Assembly: GCA_964016885.1 (NCBI GenBank) | Contig: OZ024742.1 | Span: forward strand, 35,340,001 to 35,404,000 | Direction: 5' to 3' | DNA length: 64,000 nt | Source of the DNA: Eledone cirrhosa | Lineage: Eukaryota | In this document: positions 53,351 through 64,000 of the stretch, one piece after another | Layout of the letters: each line of letters starts with the position of its first letter | Position numbering within the stretch: position 1 is the first letter of the stretch | Notes under the pieces: generated by a model | What the model was told of the DNA's origin: nothing | Database searches by the model: none | What the model saw: the letters and a program-made list of their open reading frames with translations, nothing else | Made by a program: the position numbers and the translations under genes

Positions 53351-53535
53351 TGTGAATTGGCAGTATCGGTAGAGGGTTGGACGCCATGCTTTCTAGCATA
53401 GTTACGTCCCTTTACGGTCTGAGTTCAAATCCTGTCGAGGTTAACTTTTCCTTTCATCCTTACGGAGTCGATAAAATAAAGTACCAGTAATGTACTGGGT
53501 AATTGCCGGCCTTGTGCCTAAAGTAGAAACAATTA
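53351..53535 (+). mobile_element. SINE family 1, full length
   Basis: A box, B box, body and tail present. Confidence 0.9.
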
Positions 53536-54273
53536 TTTAGTGTGAGTTTCTGATTTAGTTTTACTTTAATATTTATCGTTTTGTGCTGTTTTGTGCTTTA
53601 TATTTCTTATTTTGAGTTTTACTTTAATATTTATTAAAGTTTTTGGTTTAAACTCAGTTTGCATGTGAGTTTTTCTATAACATATCATAATTTGATTAGT
53701 TTATTGTTGAGCCTGTAACTTCATTTTGTCCTAGTTTTCAGTTTCTTAACTCAATAATTAGACTTTAGGAGAGTTTGTTAGAATGGATGGTCGGAATCGT
53801 AGTTTGATGTTATTAAATTTGTTTGGCTTTATCGGATCATTAAGCACGATGGGTTATGGAGTAGGTTAATGGGTTATTACAGGGCTTTGGTTTATTCAGT
53901 TCTGGCTCTTGTTGTGCATATGTTTTATTTCGGGAAGTGGTATCGGTTCATATTCGTTGAGGGATATATGGATGGAGATTGTTTCTGATGGTTATTCTGA
54001 TTCTGTGTACATGCAATGCCAACTACCTACTGGTGTAGTGGTGGCTGTGGATAATAGAGAAACCACGTAATACGACGGATGCAGCCTGATGTGGTTCATC
54101 GCCCTTGCGTGTGTAATTGGTGTGAGTTGGTTCTTATTATGCTGGGAGAGTTTAAGTATTGATTTCACTATATGTCCTGCGTGGTGGGTGCTGGGTAGAA
54201 TGTAGTTTATAGAATGCGTTTGCTTGAGGTTTTGAATAGAGTTGGTTTGCGTTCAAGTTTAGTCAATGTATGG

Positions 54274-54359
<86 letters not shown>

Positions 54360-55214
54360 ATATATAATAGAAGCTGCAATGTTAAGATATATTATTGAAA
54401 TATTTTAAGAAACACAATTAAAATACACTATTAAATCACAACAATAAGATAAACCATTAAAATCGGTAGGCGTGTCATTAAAATACAATATTAAGATAAA
54501 ATATTAAGTCACAACACCAAGACACACCTTTAACCACATTGCATTACAATATCAAGACAGAATTTTAAACTGCAACATTCAAGAACAACATTAAAATAAA
54601 TTAATAAAGTATTAATATACCATTAAAACACCTTTCAAATCAAAGAAATTATGGTGTGCCATTAAAATTTACCGTTAAATAACAACATTAGTACATTCCA
54701 TTAAAATATAATAGTAGGTTACAACTACATGGTACAATATTAAGGTAACTAGATGGAGCTACAACGATTGCACATATATTTACAAGTAATAGTAGACAGA
54801 CATCTTATTTTACGAATTTTATTGACTCTACTTTCTATATATATATCTTTCTGTTTGAAACAGCAAACCAAACATAAAAGCTAAGCTTATCACAGCTTGT
54901 CGTCAAATGGTAAAATTTCTGCTGATTAACTTCAAAGCAAATTCGACGAGGAAACGAGTTAAAGTCATTTAGCAGATTCCTAGTGAAAGGCGTTCAACAA
55001 TTTTAAATATCTAATCTACCATCTTATTATGTTAGACTGGTTGATAAGCACGGTTAACTGTAAAGGCGAACGTACCCAACATTTTAGTTGGCATAGTGAA
55101 ATAATATCCTATATATATATATATATAAGTTTATTTATCCTGGGTCCAATCGGAGGTAACCACAGTAAGTAAGGTACTCAGTACATAGCAGAGTATAAAT
55201 ATTTAATATAGAAA

Positions 55215-55265
55215 GGCTTCTACAGGACTAGAACTGTTTCATTCGGTAGAAATCATCAGGAAGCC
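55215..55265 (-). ncRNA. Type I hammerhead ribozyme, ACAG/CUGU family (intronic, sense)
   Basis: GGCUUC-CUGAUGA-U-UUC(uacc)GAA-U-GAA-ACAG(uucuaguc)CUGU-A-GAAGCC; a decayed inverted copy follows at 55266-55316. Confidence 0.82.
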
Positions 55266-55311
55266 CTGATGATTTCAACCGAAATAAACAGTTCCAGTCC
55301 TGTGGAAGCCT

Positions 55312-55342
<31 letters not shown>

Positions 55343-55482
55343 GTAATAATAATAAAATTGAAGACTAAAATCCAAAGAGGGCTCGATAAGGAAAATATAT
55401 ATCAAATATATAAGAACCGTAGAGCAAATATTTATTAAAATAACAGATTAAAGTTTAAGCAAAGAATCGCTGCTTTCACCCT

Positions 55483-55513
<31 letters not shown>

Positions 55514-55632
55514 GTATATGTATATATATTATTCAATTTAGAAATGTTGGTTGATCAGATGATCTACCGACTTTGATTGTAATCAGGATTATATAATATT
55601 CAGAGAATGTACATTTAAAACCGTTTTTTTTT

Positions 55633-55751
<119 letters not shown>

Positions 55752-56075
55752 AAGTTGGAAATATATTTTAGGGTCTGTTTTTCTTTCTTTTCCTTTATTT
55801 GATTCGTCAAATTGACATTATTTAAAAAAATAAGAGGGACAATTCTTTTAAAAAAGAATTTTATAATGCATATAAAGTATATAAAGTATTACCGGTTTCG
55901 ATGTATTAGTAAAATCCATCTTATCAGATGTTGAGTATTACAATTAAAAAGAATTTTTAAAAATTAATAAGAATTAAAAACTAAAAATTCAAGATTTAAA
56001 ATTAAGAGGTAAGTTTTTTCATTAGGAAGATGAAAAAAACTTACCTCTTAATTTTAAATCTTTCATTTTTAGTTA

Positions 56076-56675
56076 TCTATATATATATAAAACTGTAGTT
56101 GTCTGTCTGTCTATCGATTTTTGGCACACATCTCCTCTTAGAATCTCTCACGGAATTGCACCGAAATTGCTATACTTGTACATTCAGCCCTAGCGAAGAC
56201 ATCGGAAAAAAAAAATTTCAAATTGACCCACCCTATGTGACGAAATCGAATATAATGTATCGATTTTTGAGCGTAAGTTATCAGTTATTTCCCTTTGTTC
56301 TGTTTACATTGAGCGTCTTACGTAAAAAATTACGCTGGCTTTCTCAGCGTTTAAAATGACATTAACACAATAACTGATAATTTGGTTACGCTAATGTTTT
56401 TCTCTGCGTTGCAGTGTTTACATTTTCGATCTTTGTTAATAAATAACCAGTGCAGTTTTTATCCCCAGCATCCTCTTTTGTTATAACATTCGGGTTATCG
56501 TTATGTTTTCTTGACTTCATAAGGCATATTGTTGGTTGAGGGAATATTAATCAAAAACACCACATGCAAGTCTGCACAGTAGACACTACAGTTTTTAAGC
56601 CAAAAAAGAAACTTAACATTGTAACTTTAACACAGCTACTGAGCGACCCCGAGCAACGCCGGGCTTTACTGCTAG
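56076..56675 (+). mobile_element. Non-autonomous Helitron
   Basis: A|TC...(CTGT)n 5' end; 3' hairpin CCCG-agcaacgc-CGGG then CTAG|T. Confidence 0.85.
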
Positions 56676-56711
56676 TAATATATAAAGTAATTGCACATCT
56701 TATGTGTAATT

Positions 56712-56752
<41 letters not shown>

Positions 56753-56776
56753 AATATATATATATATATATATATA

Positions 56777-56811
<35 letters not shown>

Positions 56812-56988
56812 GTAGAACACTGGAAGGTAATATCCGTAGTGGTAGAGCACTCAGTCTATGGGACGAGTTAGGTAGAAGTGGTTACACAACAGTTAGTTCA
56901 CGATACGGAGAACAATTGTTTCATCTTAGCGGATCCTCTAAGGTGAAACAATTGATCTCGGTATGGTGAACTAACTGTTGTGTAACCA

Positions 56989-57054
<66 letters not shown>

Positions 57055-57174
57055 AAAAGAATTATAAGCTTGTACTATTTATATTGTAATGTTAAATTTT
57101 CTTTGTATAGTAAATATATTAATTCATAATAATAATTTGCTAACAACAATTTATTACAATTATTTCCAACAGAG

Positions 57175-57539
57175 AATGCGGAGCTCGGAGATGAGAGAGT
57201 CACCCCAGGTAGAGACACTATTTTCCGAATTGGGAGATGACAGTTGCGATACTACGAACATATAGTTAGAAGGCCTCAGGAAAGAATCACTGGACAGATT
57301 TTACGGGCAAAACCAGCCGGCACGAGGCCCAGGGGTAGACTCCGAGTAAAATGGTTGGATAACATCCATGAGCTCGGTTGGCCTCGCTTGAGGATTCAAC
57401 TGGATCTATTGAAGACGGTGGCTTCTGACTGGACCTGCTGAAAGACATGCTTGAGAACTCTTCCCCCACGACCCTCCCAGGAATAAGTGAGTGAAGAAGA
57501 AGAAGAAGAAGAAGAAGAAGAAGAAGAAGAAGAAGAAGA
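57175..57539 (+). mobile_element. RTE LINE 3' fragment with (GAA)n tail
   Basis: LRYYEHIVR...GTRPRGRLRVKWLDNI; (GAA)n at 57493-57539. Confidence 0.78.
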
Positions 57540-57785
57540 TTCGATCCTAAATTTTGATTTCCTTTTTTCTACTTTCTAAAAAGATTTGTCTCCCTTTTTT
57601 ATCTGTTTCCCTTTCATGTTGATATTAAAGACCACAGTCATTTAAAACATATCGTCTCTATTAGTGCTGTAGTAATAGCGGTGGCTGTTTTATTACGTAT
57701 CATTTCATTGTTGTTATAATGATGTGTCATTAAAATGCTATTAATTCCTAGGATGATGATCTTTGCTATTCGTTGCTTAACTCAT

Positions 57786-57836
<51 letters not shown>

Positions 57837-57950
57837 TAAGAGGAATTCCAACTTTGTCTGATTTACTCGTTTTATTTACAATCCTTTAAAATATATATAA
57901 TGGTATTATAATGAAATAGTATGATAGAATATTAAATTCTAAGTGTTAAT

Positions 57951-57989
57951 TGAACAAGTACTTTCATGCTTTCGCAATCTTCAGGTTCA
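57951..57989 (-). ncRNA. Minimal hammerhead ribozyme downstream of Penelope EN fragment
   Basis: UGAAC-CUGAAGA-U-UGC(gaaa)GCA-U-GAA-AGUACU-U-GUUCA; palindromic AGUACU stem III. Confidence 0.82.
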
Positions 57990-58364
57990 TGATATGTGGT
58001 GACAGTCGAGTTTGCAATTTTCAACTGTAATGAGATGGGTAAATTTCCTACCTTTTATACATTTTATACAGAGAAAAGTGGCTCCAGAATGCAAAGCCCT
58101 GTAAACTGTATTTCGACCAATCAGTGTGTAGTTTCACTGAATTACTACAGCTGATTGGTTTAAGCGTCACGGCTGGTTGAGCATGCTAACGACCAATAGT
58201 CATATCCAACGTATCAATTGTTTTGCTTTTTTGAAATGATGGAAATAGCATTTTCTATTAATCATCACCATCAACATCACTTTTATTATCATTATTATTG
58301 TTGTTGTTGTTGTTGTTAGTGGTCGTGGTCATAGTGGTAGTAGAAGTAATACCCCTAGGCGTTA

Positions 58365-58552
58365 TTATTGTTCATTTAGCTTGGGTTTGAATTTATCAAT
58401 AAAATTCTTTTCTTTGATTTTTCTCTTGATTTCATTTGGGCTGTGTAATTTGTAGAATGGGAATATTATAAATATTCCCTGACCACATGTTGCCAGGTGG
58501 CCGCTTAGGGGTATCTGACGGACATTTGGGTCTCTGATTTGTTGACTTCTGA
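58365..58552 (-). mobile_element. Penelope-like element GIY-YIG endonuclease C-terminal fragment
   Basis: QQIRDPNVRQIPLSGHLATCGQGIFIIFPFYKL...KRKIKEKNFIDKFKPKLN: H, RxxxE and PxLN pattern of PLE endonuclease ends. Confidence 0.75.
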
Positions 58553-58718
58553 TTTCTGGACAGAAATAGCCGTCGAAATTGCTTGAGCTCTGCCATCGGG
58601 GTCTTGAACATTTTCCTATTACCCACTCTACTACCCTAAGTATTGAGTATTCTGGTGCGTTATGGTCCACCTGGTCCCCTACCACACTTCCTTCGTTATA
58701 GAAATATATGAGCTAAGA

Positions 58719-58950
58719 ATCTTCTTCTTCTTCTTCTTCTTCTTCTTCTTCTTCTTCTTCTTCTTCTTCTTCTTCTTCTTCTTCTTCTTCTTCTTCTTCT
58801 TCTTCTTCTTCTTCTTCTTCTTCTTCTTCTTCTTCTTCTTCTTCTTCTTCTTCTTCTTCTTCTTCTTCTTCCTGGGAGGGTCGTGGGGGAAAGAGTTCTC
58901 AAGACTGTCTTTCAGCGGGTCGAGTCAAAGCAACTGTCTCCAATAGATCC
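58719..58950 (-). mobile_element. RTE 3' tip with long (GAA)n tail
   Basis: Reverse complement of the 57450-57480 terminus followed by about 50 GAA units. Confidence 0.7.
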
Positions 58951-59612
58951 GGTAATATAGTAAGTTAAGATATCATAACATATATACGACGTCTGAAGAT
59001 GATGTTTCTCAGTAGAAAAGCTCAATGAACGTTTGCTCTGAACAACAATGATTCAAATTAAAAAATATATGCATATATATAGAAAAAACCCTATCTCGTT
59101 AGAAAACACAAAGTACTTTGTACATATATATAAAGCACACAATATTTAGGAAAAAGTACATATTTTAATGAGGAAAAGTCCAAACTATGTGCTATGTTCT
59201 TCTCTAACGATATATGGCTCTTTCCCACCTTATATATATCTTAATTTTATATATACACCGCAAAAATTAATCTTTCTAATTTCTCATTCTTTCTTCTGGT
59301 GAAGGACTAGCGTCCGAAATGTTACGACCCCCTTCCTGCTATATCAAGCGTTAACCTAATATATTCCTTCCATATACTGTACCGATTGTGTTCTTATTTC
59401 TGTTTATATTTTACATACATATATATATATACAAATGGAAGTACGGCATATTCGAAGCCAGAGCCTCAGCTAAGCCTACGACTGGTTTCAGCAGTGCAGC
59501 CAAGCACTCGACAAGGTATAGGACCTCAGAGTAATAACATACAGTTTAAAGGGGTTTGCAAATTGAAGATAGCGACCGGTAATTCAGCTGCGGGGACCGT
59601 AGCAACGAAAGA

Positions 59613-59705
<93 letters not shown>

Positions 59706-59884
59706 GGATACTATTTATAGTTATGTCTATATTTATACTATATACAACTATAAACAGGAAAGATCAGTAATTTATTACTACCTTATTACCAGTAAGATAA
59801 ATAGCTCAATGTAAGAACATCATTTGTTATACAGAGCAGTAATATAGAATACACAAGAATCAAAACTATGTTAGAACATTTAAT

Positions 59885-59931
59885 TGCTGACAATTGTTTC
59901 TTCCAAACCTAGGCTTGGAGTCTTCGGAGCA
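59885..59931 (-). ncRNA. Hammerhead variant with CCGAAGA core (inverted copy at 60237..60283 +)
   Basis: UGCU-CCGAAGA-C-UCCAAGCC(ua)GGUUUGGA-A-GAA-ACAAUUGU-C-AGCA; U4>C in both arms. Confidence 0.6.
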
Positions 59932-60035
59932 TTATTAATAATGTTTGTACATATAATCAACCTCCTATTCCGCTGAAGAATCATACAGATACATATTGTT
60001 GTCAACAGTGTGGGATGGATGCGACCATTATTAAT

Positions 60036-60221
60036 AATTGTTTCTACTTTAGGCACAAGGCCAGCAATTACTCAGTGCATTACTGATACTTTATTTTATC
60101 GACCCCGTAAGGATGAAAGGCAAAGTCAACCTCGGCGAGATTTGAACTCAGATTGTAAAGGGACGTAACTATGCTGGAAAGCATGGCGTCCGACCCTCTA
60201 CCGATACTGCCAATCCACCGC
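60036..60221 (-). mobile_element. SINE family 1 with TSD, inserted in a ribozyme fold-back
   Basis: Flanking duplication GCGACCATTATTAATAAT at 60021 and 60220. Confidence 0.93.
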
Positions 60222-60317
60222 GACCATTATTAATAATGGTCCGAAGATTCCAAGCCTAGGTTTGGAAGAAACAATTGTCAGCAATTAAATGTTCTAACAT
60301 AGCTTTGATTCTTGTGT

Positions 60318-60429
<112 letters not shown>

Positions 60430-60439
60430 TATATATGTA

Positions 60440-60564
<125 letters not shown>

Positions 60565-60624
60565 TTAAATATATATAAATATATATATGTATATATGTAT
60601 ATATATATATGTATATATATATAT

Positions 60625-60699
<75 letters not shown>

Positions 60700-60999
60700 T
60701 TGAGTGAAATGTGAGTATATATTTGGCTATTACAATACACAGTTTTACAGTGTTTATCGGAACTATAAGTAATTGCTTCATATAATGTTCACGGATTTCC
60801 GACAAAACTAAGTTTATTTAGCGTGTTTTGTAATTGTAGTACATACTCCCCCACCCCCACCTATTAAATTTAGCTGATCTATCACCGGTGAGACTTTAAC
60901 TCTTCAAACCAGATTTATCTTCCCATAACAGTGTTTCATGTCTGTTTTATCAACTTAGTATGCACATAAAACGTATGTATTATGTCCATATAATATATT

Positions 61000-61033
<34 letters not shown>

Positions 61034-61365
61034 TAGATGGATAGATATGTGTATCCCGAGTTCAATCGGGGGTAACCACAGTAAGTAATGTACTCAATAC
61101 ATAGTAGAGTATATAATGTTTAAAATGGCTTATAGAAATGGCTTCTACAGGACTAGAACTATTTCATTTGAAGGCTTTCCTGATGATTTCCTTCGAATGA
61201 AACAATTTTCATTCTGATAAGCGATTTTAGACGTCTGTGTCGAGTTTGTCTGTCTTCGTGAAACCTTTGGTAAATGGAATAATTGTCTTATGTTGTTTAT
61301 TACATAACTAAATAGCTCTGTAGCTTACCTAGAGCACTCTCATTTCCTTTACCCTTCCTACGGAA

Positions 61366-61505
<140 letters not shown>

Positions 61506-62685
61506 AAGTAAATGAAAACAACTAAGCAAACAACGCAGTACAATGAAGAAATATATCAGTTTAACGCTTGATATAGTAGGAAAAGATTTTTTTCGTTTCA
61601 GACACTAGTCCTTCATCAGAAGATAGAAATAAAAGATGAAATAGAAATATAAAGAGTGAGAATAGGAAAGAACGGAAAACTTTTTTTTTTAGAAAAAAGC
61701 ACGTGTGCATTCAGTCAGCCCATATATATATATGTACATATATGTGTGTCCGTTTGTGTGTGTTGTGTGTGTGTGTGTGTGTGTTTGTGTGTATGTGTAT
61801 GTATGTATGTGTGTGTTTGTGGGCGTGTGTCTGTGTGTTTATTTAATGTGGACAAAATCAATTCAGTTTATATGTGCCCATACACACATACACATGTATA
61901 TATATGCACACCCACCCAAATATGTGTGTGCGTATGTGCTTCTGTGGGAGTATGTGTGTGTATGTGAGGGGGTTGATATTTGATTTTTGTTTATTGATCC
62001 TGCTATAATGTTTCCTGTGATTCTCTAAAGTTTCTGTAAACAAACACACGAAACTGAATACGTTTCGACTTTATAGAATGACTTAAAAACTAAAAACATC
62101 AACAAAGTCAACACCAGCACACGAAACAGATATGTAAATATTAGCTATTACTAATCATATTTACGTCAAATTTAGTTACAATATTCATAAAGACATTAAA
62201 ACGAACTAGCCATCTTCCCAACTCATAATTTTCCCTGACTCTCTCATTTACCAGCACATCGTAAATATTAAGCAGACGATAGTTTAACTTTGGTAACAAC
62301 TTATATTTCAATTAAAAATATGGTTGGCTTCTTCTCCCGCTGTCTCTTGATGTCTGTCTCTCCCTCTGTCTTACTATCCATCTCTGTCTGTCTGTTTGTC
62401 TGTTTGTTTCTCTCTCTTACACATCATCTCTCTCTTACCCATGCACACACACTCTCTCGCTTACGCACACACTCTCTCTTATACACACACACTCTCTCTC
62501 TTTCATTTTCGCTCTGTTTTCGTACTACACACGCACCAATTTCATAAATCTAAATATATTGGTAATAAAGCAGCTAAGTTCTATTGAGTCATAACATTCT
62601 TGTACTCTTGTAGCCTTTTTTGTGCCGATTCGAATCTTGGAATAAGCTGCACAGGCATAATCCTCTATTTGTACTCCTCTATCTG

Positions 62686-62803
<118 letters not shown>

Positions 62804-63713
62804 CCTCTCTCTTTCTGTCTCTCAGACTCTTTTCTCCCCCCACCCTCTCTCTCTCACACACACACATATATATATATACATATTTCCGCCTTTCGTTCTT
62901 TTCTCTTTTCTCTCCCATTTTTTCCAATAAAGGACTTACATCCGAAACAACAAAGCCTTTCTATTTCTCAGAATGTGAACCTGAACTAAATTTAAGCTCA
63001 GTCTACAGCTGATATTACATCTGACCCATTTACGTGGATGACATTGATAGTTGCCATTTCTTCGCGTCAAAAAAAAAAAAAATCATTTGGCGTATTTATT
63101 TGCTTGTGTTCTATCGGGAATATGAAAACACGTTTTTATTGCCCAGTCAGTATTTCAATTAACCTATATATATAGTCCAAGAATAAACATGACAAACACA
63201 GAGATGCAAAAACAAAGTCTTATCACTTTCACGCTTGGGAATGAAAATAAAGAAATAAGGAAATTAATAAAGGTTTCAACGTATCGGACACAAGTCCTTC
63301 ATCATAAAAAAGGAAAGTTCAGAGAGAGAGGGAGAGAGAGAGGAGGTTGGAAAAACGGAAGCTGGAAGGCTAGAGGAAAAGAAATAAAGACATTTTTTTC
63401 TGATGAGTAAGGAGGGTAGGTAAGTAGTCCGATGTGGAGGCCGAGGTAAAGGGTTCAGTTGTGTCATGGTTCTGTTACGTGTGCGCAGATGGAGTGCATG
63501 TAGTGGGTGTGCATGTCATTGATAGTATTTCTCCTTTGTGTGTGAGTGTTTTGTGTACCACTAATAGAAATGTGCATGTGGCTGTATATAAACGTGTCTG
63601 ACTGTCTCAATGTTTTATGCATTTGTGTGTGTGTATGTTTATGTATGAGTGCGTGTGTGGGAGTGTGCGTGTGTGTGTATATAGTGTGTTTGTGAATTTT
63701 TAATGTATTTTTA

Positions 63714-63745
<32 letters not shown>

Positions 63746-64000
63746 TAATCGCTTGAGTGTGTGCGTTCGTTTTTGTATAACTGTGGGAGGGGATGTGTTT
63801 ATGGGGGTTATCAGCGTGCGTGTGTTTATGTGGTTAGTAGTGTGTGTATATGAATGTGTTTATGCGTGTGTCTGCATAAGTTTGTATGACTCTTTGTCAT
63901 AGATACATACATACATACACACACACACACATACACCCTCAGCCTCACACCTATTATTATTGGGCTACAAGATAGATACCAACTCGCCAAGACCAAAGTA

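Noticed and set aside
53140-54270. Possible decayed retroelement ORF on the minus strand
   Set aside because: Composition is skewed like a Penelope/LINE relic, but no recognisable motif survives translation by eye.
62251-62285. Candidate TM1 exon (TIVCLIFTMC plus gtaaat donor)
   Set aside because: In-frame TAA immediately upstream, and no acceptor giving a plausible exon.

Overview
AT-rich, microsatellite-dense animal genomic DNA; the SINE families and (TA)n load suggest a coleoid cephalopod, probably Octopus (inference). The only host gene I can support is the 3' part of an adhesion-family (class B2) GPCR on the minus strand. Nine coding exons between 53044 and 28871 splice in frame with GT-AG boundaries and encode TM2-TM7 plus a long low-complexity C-tail; TM1 and the GPS/ectodomain were not found and probably lie beyond 64000. 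The rest is transposon-derived: about 25 tRNA-derived SINE copies, Tx1/RTE/R4/CRE LINE fragments, mariner, piggyBac, hAT and Tigger-like relics, four non-autonomous Helitrons and a Penelope endonuclease fragment. The most striking signal is about 20 type I hammerhead ribozyme motifs from more than ten unrelated sequence families. They sit in short ORF-less fold-back or direct-repeat units docked in (TA)n tracts, many have palindromic stem III, and one family shows compensatory changes in stem I. All structures were paired by eye, no searches were run, and repeat boundaries are approximate.
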